In this document: in pieces, positions 1 through 10,805 of the stretch
Layout: each line of letters starts with the position of its first letter
How positions within the stretch are numbered: position 1 is the stretch's first letter
Source: Guillardia theta CCMP2712
Taxonomy: Eukaryota; Protista; Cryptophyta
Reading direction: 5' to 3'
Assembly (NCBI RefSeq): GCF_000315625.1
Contig: NW_005434668.1
Span: forward strand, 969,570-1,033,569
Length of the DNA stretch: 64,000 bases
Position numbers and translations under genes: made by a program
The notes under the pieces: generated by a model
Databases searched by the model: none
What the model saw: only the letters and a program-made list of their open reading frames with translations
Told to the model about the DNA's origin: nothing

Positions 1-2293
1 ACATGGGGATATCGCCCTTAAGGGCAATGCCGTTGAGCTCAGCGTAGCGAGAAGCCTCCTTGAGCTGGTGATGGAGATGGTATTGGATGAAGTAAACTCG
101 CGCAACCTTGTGAGGTAAGAGGTCAGTGAGTCCACTGCCAGGCCTCACTCTCACCGTTGGATAGTCCAGACTCTGCTCGCGCGTCATGGAATCCGCTTCA
201 TCTGCATGGACCCTCCACGTCGTACAATCCCACCTGCACTGAATTAGCATTTCATTGTCTGGTTGTCAATCTTGACCATTTGTTGTTGAAAGTTCTCTCT
301 TTAGCGAGCTGAACTTTGAATGCTGCGTAAGTCTTCAACCAAGAGGAGCTGGCTTCCGCCCATTTCTGTAGCTCGGGGTCCTTCATGATGACATCGATTC
401 CGACCTGTCGACTGAATCAAAATTGCGGGCAGCCCAGAAAGAAGATCGATCACCTTATCGAAGATTGCATCCATGAGTTTTCGTTTCTCATCCATCACCT
501 TGGGATGGTCTATCCTCCAGTTCTTGTTCAGCTAAAGCAGAAACGTTCAATCACATCGAATGAAGAAGCAGCGGAGAGCAGGTGAAAGGAGAGCAGGTAA
601 AGGGAAAGGAGAGGAGAGGAGGGGCGGGGAAGGGAGGAGAGGAGAGGAGAGGAGAGGCAGCCATTGCAAGCTCACCTGATCTACCAGGCCCTTGGCCCAA
701 TTCTCACAACCGGAGGCGTCAACGCCAAACCTCTTATTGTAATACTCGCACACAGCTGCTGGTCGAATGTAACTCGGGTGAAGGGCAAACGACGAGGAGG
801 CGCTGAAGTGCACATGGTTACGGCCCACGGCCCTTGCATGCTGTAAGATTGCCTGTAAGGGGAAGGGTCCTCCCCGGAGTCGTTGATCGGAAGGACTTGA
901 ATCAGTTGTAACCCTGTCAACTTGCACCAATCCACGACTTTCATCAGATCCAGAAACTCTCCAATGCCCATCGAGTCCGACGTTTTGATGCCTGCACGGC
1001 AGCGTCACAAGACGGCATCAGGTTAGCTTCGGGCCAACCAGACACAGGAATGGCAACTCCTGCAGATCTGTAGACAGCGGTGGGATAGTTGAAAGTTGAG
1101 TCTGACACCACGAATCTTGTATCCGAGTTCGAAGCAACCTTCCTGTTGTCTCCCTTCTCCTTGCAGACAACTTGTCCATTGCTTGACAAAAGGAGGAATC
1201 AGCTCACAAGGTCGGATGCACGCTCAGTCAATGATCACCTGTCGAGCACGACATATTTGAATTCGACAGGCAACTCCGACTTCTTGACCTTTACCTTTTG
1301 AGAACACAAGACGTCAAGTCACAATCTTGACATGTGCATGGCTCATCAACCTGGCCAACATATACATGAGAGCCAACATGCGCCATGGGCAAATAACTTG
1401 ACGTGGACCATTTCCCGAGAGCCTCAACGCTGCCGAGACCAAACAGTAAGTCCTTCCTCCTCCCGTTTCAAACCTCGCACCTTCCCGACACCCATACGCT
1501 GTGCCCAGCCTCGAGGCGAGGAGCAAACACCACGAACCTCACTGATGCCTCATCATCTGCAACAGCATCCCACATGATCTCCGATGGTGAGACCACCTTG
1601 TTTTCCGTTTTGGTGTACTGCTCAGCGTTCCCTCGGCCAAAGATGGCCTTCGCGAAGCAGGAGGTGGCGAGTGTAGCCACCTTGGGAGATCGGAATGAAT
1701 CTTGCAGGTGAACCTTTGTACCAGGCTTCAAACCTGACAGACTGATGGATCTCTCACAGATTCTGGCCTCGTATCTGTGTGTGTTCGACATTGCAATGTA
1801 ATTGTAGACCAAAACATCCTTGTCCAGAGGAACTTCCAGCGTCAGTTCCCATTGTTCTCCTCCCTTCCGTTGCATCTTCGGAGCACGATTTGCATCCCCT
1901 CTACCTAGAATATCACTTGGCCCACTGACTACCATGACGCCATTGTCCAACCCATAGCCGATGGAAAACACAAGCGTGACTTTCCCGTCGATTGCTGCTT
2001 TTGCAGTTGATTTCTCCGAGATGGGAAGAGGTGAGGCTGGTGTGACAGCAAACCCCCCCTTGAGTCTAAGAGGTTGCGGGCTCTGAATGAACTGATGAAC
2101 ACAACAAAGTCAGATCGTGGCTTCGAAGTTTGCCACCACAAAACATTGTTCGTAGTCGAACCAATCATGTTCTTCAAGTGCAAGTTACCTTGGAATACAA
2201 TCTTCCATGCCTGGGAAAGGTCGGCAGCGTTCCACTCGAGTAGACTCCAAGTAGCAATGAGGACAGGATTAGGCATTGGTGCAGATGAGCCAT
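1..2293 (-). CDS. DPE2: 4-alpha-glucanotransferase DPE2-type (CBM20 x2 + GH77), multi-exon, 3' part runs off the window start; N-terminal signal peptide plus transit-like peptide
   Basis: Exons encode RSAGVAIPV..GIGEFLDLMKVVDWCKLTGLQLIQVLPINDSGEDPSPYSASSSFALHPSY (GH77 N-terminal motifs), CBM20-like segments (GGEQWELTLEVP; VRFVVFAP..VWVSG) and YWIQYHLHHQLKEASRYAELNGIALKGDIPM at the window edge. ATG at 2293; exon 1 is 2293-2189. Confidence 0.88.
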
Positions 2294-3427
2294 TCCTGTC
2301 AACAACATCTAATAATCAACGAAAAACAAAAAACAAGTGCAAGATTGGCCAGCAAGAACATAACACATCATTGCAGAAAACCAAGCAGAATCACACTGAG
2401 CATGCATCAGTCTGCAGTACGAAACTAAGCATGGCGATTGAGTCAAGATAAATCAAGCATCTCTCTCCACTACACCTTCGCAAGAAAAAAAAAATACGGC
2501 CCAGCCTCCGCTGTGGCACTCGCCATCGCACAAGGAGCCGTTGACGCGGATCGAAAGTTACCTCAATCGAGACGAGGCGACAAGACGAGAGCACCAAGAT
2601 GGATGAGGAGGAGGAGGAGGGGTAGGGGGAGGGGGAGGGGGGAAGTGGGGGGAGAAGCAGGTGCGCCGGGAGTGAAGGGGACGTTGAGAGGAGAGGAGGC
2701 GGAAGTGTTGGGACTTTTATTAGTAATTTAAGTTGAAAAGTAAATGTAAAATACACTAAAACAGAATATAGGTCAGCAGGCATGTGTACTAGAGTGCCAT
2801 ACTAAAATGATTTAGCAACACCTATTAATAGGTAGCTGGTACAGAAATAAGATACATAAGGAAATTTTGGTACAAGGAGCGGGGCTCCAATCACTACCAG
2901 GCAGAATCACTTTAAAACGTTTTCAAACCCAGTTGCGCAAGCCCAGACTGAGACCGTTATCGTCAGTTACATAATCATCTGGCGGACCCCCGGCCCCTGA
3001 GTCCGACAAGTCACTCAGTCGGACGGGCCGGGCCCACTGGTCTCCGGGTGACCGGTCACTGAGGAGGTACTTAGTACTGTATTTGACCCTGGCCCACTTT
3101 TGTCCCCGGACCTACGTCAGTTGACCGACCGTACAGCAGGAGCTGCAGGCTCCTTTGCTTGCTCCCTTGCCGTCGTGCCACGCTAGTCACTGCAGAGGGC
3201 GCTGCTACTAGTGACCTGCTCCCCTCAGGCGCTCCCCCCTCATCACTGTCTGGCCTCTACAGTCTGCTCTCAACCTGCTGCCCCTTTCCCTCTCTCCCGA
3301 GCGACAGCTCTCCTGCTAGGCTACTTGCAAACCTCAGTGCTGCACTCTCAGGCCAGTGTTCATCAACCGGGTATTGAGCAGCACTGCGCGGCACGGGGGT
3401 TGTTAAGCTGCCTTATTCCAGGCTCGA

Positions 3428-4119
3428 TGCTGCCTGCTTCTGAGGTGAGACCTGCTCCCGATCACCTGACTGCTCGGCGAGATACTCGGGACCGGCTCCT
3501 CCCACCTCCGGGCAAGACTGCCAAGGACAATGTCACCATCTCGCTGCAAGCAAGGATGAGGAGATACGCCCCGACGAACCTGGAAGAGCTGCATGCCTTG
3601 AGGAAGCGGGGGTTCCTAGAGAAGACCTCCAGTCTTCCTCTCATTCAGAATAATCTTGACAGGATGAGGACTGGCAGCTATGGGTCGCTGATGCAGGGGA
3701 TGGCTTCCCCGATCGGCGCTGCCAGCTCGCTATGTAGGGCGTCCTCCTCCATGGAGATAAGGTCAAATCCGCATGCAAATGAGGGGATCCAGGTAAAGAA
3801 GTACCCACGGCCTGCTCAGACTTGGATCGATCGCACTATCACTCGTTCCTGCCTGCATCTTGACGGTATTGCTCATACGTTTGTGATCCTACCTTCAAGA
3901 TGGGCCACGCTGATGGGCTCGATCAAAGACGAACACGTCGCCACCGACGACCTCAAGAAGTATCATCCTCCGATCTCATCCCTTGTTCTAGCGCTGACAA
4001 AGACGCAGACAAACGCAGATGGCGATCTTGAAGAAACGCCCAAAGGATGCCATGCACATCATGAACGCGCACCTTCGAATCCATCCGGACAGTCCTTGGC
4101 AACCGATGTGCCTCATATG
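3428..4119 (+). CDS. hypothetical small protein, probably multi-exon
   Basis: Lies within the 307-codon ORF 3211-4134, has GT..AG segments with CTGAC branch motifs and plausible coding stretches (RRYAPTNLEELHALRKRGFLEK). No family recognised; boundaries uncertain. Confidence 0.4.
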
Positions 4120-4336
4120 ATTGGCAAGGTGTAGTCCGTGAGGGGGCATCGAGTCAACGCAGCGATTTGTATATACTCTCGAGTAAAGGCGTTCGGTGAA
4201 ACGTGTTCCCCACAGGGCAGACTGCGCGATTGTTGCTGTTTGAGTGGAAGAGCGAAATGTTGTTCATCAGAGCGGAAAATTGCAAAAGAAGTTTTTATTC
4301 GGGTACCAAAAAGACAGAGCAAGTAATGTTTTGAAT

Positions 4337-6109
4337 CTACCAGATAAACCAGCTGTAGTAATAGGCTGCGATGTCCATGCACACAAGAATGATACAGGTG
4401 CAAGCAGCCGCGACAAATCCCGAGGTGTGACCCACAATACCAGTCATCACACTTGTGAAGACGGGACCAGCCATGATGAAAATCACCCATGTAGTGAGGT
4501 TCCAATGGTGCTTCTCCCATCCGATGTCCTCATCTTCATATGGACTTCCTGTTGAGTTCGATCCACCTTGAAGCGAAGAAGTGCCCTTCCTGTGCATCGA
4601 CAAGTCTGACTTCGAGATGTCCCTCTCCACCGAGAGATTCTGCTTGTGGACTTTGTGCAGAGCATGTATCCTGGAAGCTTGCTCCTTCAAATGCTCTTTG
4701 TGCGCCTGGGGCTTGTCGACTTGGATCGATGTAATCTTACTCTGCTTCACCGGAGACTTCTTGTGCACCTGGACATTGTCATGCTGCTCCTGTTTTGCCT
4801 CTTCAACCTTCTCCTCCAGCATCTTGGCCTTTCTCTTTGCCATCTGCACGATCTTCTTCAAAGTAGCATCATCTTGCTTCATGAGCTCATCAATCGCTGA
4901 TTCCTTCACTTTCTTGTCAGAATGCGAGTGGGGATGTGAAGCTTCGACTTGATGTGTTCTTGCCTTCACCAGAGAAGAAGATCCATGCATCTTGGTTGCT
5001 CTGTGATTCAGAGATGCAAGCTCTCCATCGTCATCTACAGCATCTGCATGCACATTCTGCAACGATCCCGCCGGGTTCGAGCCTTTGCTGGCAGCCAAGG
5101 AACCGTCGATCTGCTCATCTTTGTGCATGTATCTTGTATCAGACAATGATCCAATCACGTTGTCGTTCTTCATAGATCCCTTAGAGAGTGACAAGAGGTC
5201 TCCGCCTGCCAGCTTGCTGTCCTTGGAGACACTGAACAAGCTTCCACCAACGTCGCTCTGTTTCACAAGGGCGAGGGACCCTTGGGCATCCTTGTCCGAA
5301 AAGCCTGCAAGGGCTCCATTCGTCTCTGGATCCGTTTTCACGGAGGCCAAGACCCCGTTGGAATCCGAGTCCTTGGAGTTGAAAAGAGCTCCCCTGGTTT
5401 CCGCCATCGTTGGACCCTTCTTCCAAGCGGCATCCGAGCCAGCCACGTCCCAACTTTTGTCAGAAGGCTCCTTGTTCCATCCATCACTCTTGTAGCTAAC
5501 TGACCAGCCATCGTCGTGTGCTGGCGTGGCCCATGCAAAACTGTTCTTGAATCTCGGAGAGGCCAATGCTCCGCGCGCATTGCTGAGATCAGATTTGAAC
5601 TTCACACTGAGAGACCCATACACTGCAGCGCCATGGCTGGGAGACCTCGCAAGTGCGCCCTCAGCTTGTTCACTTCCTTGGTTCATATCATATTGGATTG
5701 GACTTGCTGTAGCGTATCGCTCATCCATCCTGCCCAACATGTTGGGGTGACGGTGTGAAGGAAGGCTAGCGAGTACTCCATCTGCAGCAGGGTCCGAAAA
5801 GAACGAGCTTCGCGCAGAATGAAGTGGTCTGGGGAACAAGGGAGAAACCTGAGCTTCCACTGATGTGAGTTTCTGCATCCGATCGCCCTCCCTTCTTCCT
5901 CGTGCCAAAACCCCCAAACCATCCATGCCTCCAAACCTCGGGTCCTGTCTTGCAAGCAGACTGTCTGCAGAAGATGCAAGCCCCATGAAGATTGCAGATT
6001 TGCTAACTACAGCAACAATCAGGATGACAGATGCTACACCCATGGCGCCACGTCCTCCGCGCTTCCCCGCGCCATGGCCCACTAGCGGCATCGCCTCCAC
6101 CCCTCCTGC
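4337..6109 (-). CDS. hypothetical membrane protein: N-terminal TM, repetitive G-[ASV]-L-x region, short coiled coil, two C-terminal TMs; apparently intronless
   Basis: 657-codon ORF 4337-6310, likely start at MAGGVEAMPL (position approximate). Hydrophobic VASVILIVAVV near the N-terminus; WVIFIMAGPVFTSVMTGIVG and FVAAACTCIILVCMDIAAYYYSWFIW at the C-terminus. Confidence 0.7.
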   Translation of the reverse strand, partial: AGGVEAMPLVGHGAGKRGGRGAMGVASVILIVAVVSKSAIFMGLASSADSLLARQDPRFGGMDGLGVLARGRREGDRMQKLTSVEAQVSPLFPRPLHSARSSFFSDPAADGVLASLPSHRHPNMLGRMDERYATASPIQYDMNQGSEQAEGALARSPSHGAAVYGSLSVKFKSDLSNARGALASPRFKNSFAWATPAHDDGWSVSYKSDGWNKEPSDKSWDVAGSDAAWKKGPTMAETRGALFNSKDSDSNGVLASVKTDPETNGALAGFSDKDAQGSLALVKQSDVGGSLFSVSKDSKLAGGDLLSLSKGSMKNDNVIGSLSDTRYMHKDEQIDGSLAASKGSNPAGSLQNVHADAVDDDGELASLNHRATKMHGSSSLVKARTHQVEASHPHSHSDKKVKESAIDELMKQDDATLKKIVQMAKRKAKMLEEKVEEAKQEQHDNVQVHKKSPVKQSKITSIQVDKPQAHKEHLKEQASRIHALHKVHKQNLSVERDISKSDLSMHRKGTSSLQGGSNSTGSPYEDEDIGWEKHHWNLTTWVIFIMAGPVFTSVMTGIVGHTSGFVAAACTCIILVCMDIAAYYYSWFIW

Positions 6110-7063
6110 CATCGGCAAAGCCTGAAGAGACACCGACCGCTCGCAACGACCCCTCGTCCCCTCACTGATCCGATCGCGAGTCGGCACTGCAGTCGCTGCT
6201 GCAGTCGGCCGTGACTGAGTGGGCCGGGGCCGCTGAGGCCCTGCCCGCCGGGCGGGGCACTGAGCGGCGGCCGGCTCACTGTGGCCCGCCGGGGCCACGG
6301 CGACGGTCACTGACCCGGCCGCGTAATGATCAGTGCCGTCCGGCGGCCGCAGCCCGGCCCGGGCGGCGGCCGGGGGCCGGGCCGGACCCTTGAGGGCAAG
6401 CGCAACGGGCGGCCCGGGCCCTGAATTTCAAATTCATGGTCCCGGCAGTCACGTTTATCATAGCACCGTCCATGCCGCAGTGACCGGCCTCAGTCTTTTC
6501 GATCCGGCGGGCCGCGCCGCGGCGTATTATTGGCCGCGCATGCAGCCTGGCAGGCTGGCAGCAAAGAAGTGACCGTTACTTCGTTCAACGGTTTCAACCG
6601 TGAACGGCACGAATGCGGCCGCGAGTGAGTCTGAAGGGCCGAGGCGCGGCCAGTGCCACGGTGACTCTACTACGAGTTCAAGTCCTCGCACTGATTTTTA
6701 ACTTAACTTCACTGAGTCACTAGTAGTACTCAGCCGAAAGGCGCTCCGATACCGCCGATGGGAAACCGGCCGGCCCGGGCGGGCCGAAACCATACGGTCG
6801 CAGGCCATATCTGACCGTATCAGTTGAGGCCAGCCTGTAGATATATACTGAACTTTGGAAGCAGCAGTCGGAGGCTGCGAGCGGATTGTGTATCGCCTGA
6901 AAACAAGCAACGCTCCGCGGGGACTACCGAACCATTGCATCCTAAGACCCACTCTCCCCCCTACATATCCCAAGCCCTCCCCCCTCCCTTCCTCCATCCC
7001 CAGCGCCCTTGGTCGCCCATCTCTCCCAGCCTGCATTCCTATCATAGTATCCCCATCTTCTCT

Positions 7064-7097
<34 letters not shown>

Positions 7098-7223
7098 CTG
7101 TCTGTCTGTCTGCCTGTCTGTCTTGCTTCCAGCCCCGGATCCTCCTCCGCCCCTTCCGCCCCCTCTCCCCCGCTGATCCTCAACACTCTTCCCCTCTGTT
7201 TCATCAGTCTTCCCTCTGCCGTC

Positions 7224-7550
7224 ATGACCTGCATCGCTCTCGTCCCGGCTGGCTGCGAGCAAGCAGCAAGCTCCGCGCATGCCTCCTCATGTCCGGACTC
7301 CGTCGCCGCTCCCGCACACCCGCCCGCCCGCCTCCCCGAGGGCTCTCCTGCATCCCCGTCGATCTCCCCCGCCGGCGGCGTCGAGGAGCACAGCTCCTAC
7401 TTCCACGTGCTCCAGGCGACCGGCAGGACGATGGGCCCGTCGATCGACGCCATGGGCAACTTCATCCTCTACGCCCCGACCCGCCACGGCCAGGCGGACC
7501 AGACAGACACCTCCCTCATCGCCACCGGCGAGATCCGGAAGCAGCGGTAG
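7224..7550 (+). CDS. orphan 108-aa ORF, repeat copy 1
   Basis: ATG..TAG with strong GC3 bias in the 3' half (EEHSSYFHVLQATGRTMGPSIDAMGNFILYAP). Intact in all three copies. Confidence 0.4.
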   Translation: MTCIALVPAGCEQAASSAHASSCPDSVAAPAHPPARLPEGSPASPSISPAGGVEEHSSYFHVLQATGRTMGPSIDAMGNFILYAPTRHGQADQTDTSLIATGEIRKQR

Positions 7551-8647
7551 GAGAAGGCCGTGAGGTAGCGTAGGAGGACGGGTCGGAGGAGCGGCGTGTG
7601 TACATGTAGAGGAGGAGAAGACCGCTGTGGGTGTATGCGATGAGTAAACAACCGAGTCACCATCCCCTCGTCTACACGGCGCGCGTCGGGTCTATCCGCT
7701 TCCATCATGATCGTCACGGGTTGCCGACTTTGCAGTGCGGCTGTCTAGGCGATCAGAGGGACGGGAGCTGGGGCCTTCGCTGCCTGCCACAGGCAGCGGC
7801 AAGCAAGGAGGGTCCAGGCTCCCAGCTCTGACCTCCGACGCCGACCATGCGGGGGCTGCCCGTCTCTATACGGTTGATCGGCCTGGACTCCGGGACTCGC
7901 CGAGTCGGCCGGCCTCAGTGCCCGACGGTGACCAGGCTCCAAGCAGGCGGTTTCTCAAGTTCCCAGTCTCCTTCCCGATGCGCCGGCCGGGCCCTCGCAG
8001 CGGCCCGCCGGGGCGAGATACACTGACCGCCCGACTTGGCAGGCGCTCCAGCCGCTGACCTTATTTCTTCTTTGACTGACAGAACACACCCCTTCGCGGG
8101 GATCTTGTCACTGGCACGGCCCACTGAGTCTCGGCCCTTCCATCCCTCCACCTTCCACACGACGACGCTATCCTCAACCCGGCCCAGTCCGATATTGCAT
8201 GGACCATATGAGCCCTGCCAGATCGGACCCTGACGGACCGCAGCCCTGCCAAGACCGCGACGCTTGAGATGTCCGGAGGCTCGCTCCTCAAGGGCTTACA
8301 ATCGCTGACGGACTCTATCGCCTGGGCACGTCGAAGCAGAGGCTGCCGTTCCAAGATATTCCTTGCCCCCCGCCCCCGCCTCAGGCTCCCATCTCGTACT
8401 CCCCTACTCCGAGCCGGCGAGAGCCGAGACCGGCGGGAGTTTGGGTTTACTCCTTCACGGTACACCTTCACGATTGTCTGACTGAGAAACCGCACCGCTC
8501 CGCGGGGGGCGACCGAACCATTGCATCCTAAGACCCACTCTCCCCCCTACATATCCCAAGCCCTCCCCCCTCCCTTCCTCCATCCCCAGCGCCCTTGGTC
8601 GCCCATCTCTCCCAGCCTGCATTCCTATCCCCATCATCCCCATCCTC

Positions 8648-8686
<39 letters not shown>

Positions 8687-8786
8687 TGCTTCCAGCCCCG
8701 GATCCTCCTCCGCCCCTTCCGCCCCCTCTCCCCCGCTGATCCTCAACACTCTTCCCCTCTGTTTCATCAGTCTTCCCTCTGCCGTC

Positions 8787-9113
8787 ATGACCTGCATGGC
8801 TCTCGTCCCGGCTGGCTGCGAGCAAGCAGCAAGCTCCGCGCATGCCTCCTCATGTCCGGACTCCGTCGCCGCTCCCGCACACCCGCCCGCCCGCCTCCCC
8901 GAGGGCTCTCCTGCATCCCCGTCGATCTCCCCCGCCGGCGGCGTCGAGGAGCACAGCTCCTACTTCCACGTGCTCCAGGCGACCGGCAGGACGATGGGCC
9001 CGTCGATCGACGCCATGGGCAACTTCATCCTCTACGCCCCGACCCGCCACGGCCAGGCGGACCAGACAGGCACCTCCCTCATCTCCACCGGCGACACCCG
9101 GAAGCAGCGGTAG
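8787..9113 (+). CDS. orphan 108-aa ORF, repeat copy 2
   Basis: Same as copy 1 with a few substitutions. Confidence 0.4.
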   Translation: MTCMALVPAGCEQAASSAHASSCPDSVAAPAHPPARLPEGSPASPSISPAGGVEEHSSYFHVLQATGRTMGPSIDAMGNFILYAPTRHGQADQTGTSLISTGDTRKQR

Positions 9114-10336
9114 GAGAAGGCCGTGAGGTAGCGTAGGAGGACGGGTCGGAGGAGCGGTGTGTGTATACATGTAGAGGAGGAGAAGACCGCTGTGGGTGTA
9201 TGCGATGAGTAAACAACCGAGTCACCATCCCCTCGTCTACACGGCGCGCATCGGGTCTATCCGCTTCCATCATGATCGTCACGGGCTGCCGACTTTGCAG
9301 TGCGGCTGTCTAGGCGATCAGAGGGACGGGAGCTGGGGCCTTCGCTGCCTGCCACAGGCAAAGCAAGGAGGGTCCAGGCTCCCAGCTCTGACCTCCGACG
9401 CCGACCATGCGGGGCTGCCCGTCTCTATACGGTTGATCGGCCTGGACTTCCGGGACTCGCCGAGTCGGCCGGCCTCAGTGCCCGACGGTGACAAGGCCCT
9501 GAGGCTCCAAGCAGGCAGTTCCCGCCCGTCAGGTTCCAGTCTCCCCCCCCGGACTGGCAGTGACGAGCCCTCGCAGCGGCCCGCCGGGGCGAGATACACT
9601 GACCGCCCGACTTGGCAGCCGCTCCAGCCGCTGACCATTAGTATCGCCTGGTCACGTCGAGGCATCGGCAGTGATTGTCTGGATCAGCCTTCTCTGACTG
9701 ACAGAACACACCCCTCCGCGGGGATCTTGTCACTCGCTCGGCCCCCGTACGGTCTGTGGGTGTACAATCGGACAGCAGCGACCTCCCGGCTCTTGCCTCC
9801 ACCTCCCACACGACTCAACCCGGCCCTGTCCGATATCGCATCGCCTGGACCCTATGAGCCCTGCCATGTCCGGAGGCTCGCTCCTCAAGGGCTTACAGTC
9901 GCTGACGGACTCTATCGCCTGGGCACGTCGAAGCAGAGGCTGCCGTTCCAAGATATTCCTTGCCCCCCGCCCCCGCCTCAGACTCCCATCACGTTCTCTC
10001 CTACTCCCATCTCGTTCTCCCCTACTCCCATCTCGTTCTCCCGTACTCCCGGCGAGAGCCGAGACCGGCGGGAGTTAGGGTTTCAACAAATCAGCACTCA
10101 TGGCGCGATACTCTTGATCACGAGCCTGGTCGCTCACAGTTTACTCCTTGTGCAACTTGACGCTTGTCTGACTGAGAAACCGCACCGCTCCGCAGGGACT
10201 ACCGAACCATTGCATCCTAAGACCCACTCTCCCCCCTACATATCCCAAGCCCCTCCCCCCTCCCTTCCTCTATCCCCATCGCCCTTGGTCGCCCATCTCT
10301 CCCAGCCTGCATTCCTATCATAGTATCCCCATCCTC

Positions 10337-10375
<39 letters not shown>

Positions 10376-10478
10376 TGCTTCCAGCCCCGGATCCTCCTCC
10401 GCCCCTTCCGCCCCCTCTCCCCCGCTGATCCTCAACAACACTCTTCCCCTCTGTTTCATCAGTCTTCCCTCTGCCGTC

Positions 10479-10805
10479 ATGACCTGCATGGCTCTCGTCC
10501 CGGCTGGCTGCGAGCAAGCAGCAAGCTCCGCGCATGCCTCCTCATGTCCGGACTCCGTCGCCGCTCCCGCACACCCGCCCGCCCGCCTCCCCGAGGGCTC
10601 TCCTGCATCCCCGTCGATCTCCCCCGCCGGCGGCGTCGAGGAGCACAGCTCCTACTTCCACGTGCTCCAGGCGACCGGCAGGACGATGGGCCGGTCGATC
10701 GACGCCATGGGCAACTTCATCCTCTACGCCCCGACCCGCCACGGCCAGGCGGACCAGACAGGCAGCTCCCTCATCTCCACCGGCGAGATCCGGAAGCAGC
10801 GGTAG
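10479..10805 (+). CDS. orphan 108-aa ORF, repeat copy 3
   Basis: ORF track 10479-10805; same as copies 1 and 2 with a few substitutions. Confidence 0.4.
   Translation: MTCMALVPAGCEQAASSAHASSCPDSVAAPAHPPARLPEGSPASPSISPAGGVEEHSSYFHVLQATGRTMGRSIDAMGNFILYAPTRHGQADQTGSSLISTGEIRKQR

Noticed and set aside
8476-8492. CTGACTGAGAAAC as a hammerhead ribozyme core
   Set aside because: It does not fit CUGANGA-stem II-GAAA spacing and I could not find flanking stems by eye. A covariance-model scan would be needed.
10075-10080. TTAGGG telomere-like hexamer
   Set aside because: Single occurrence, expected by chance.
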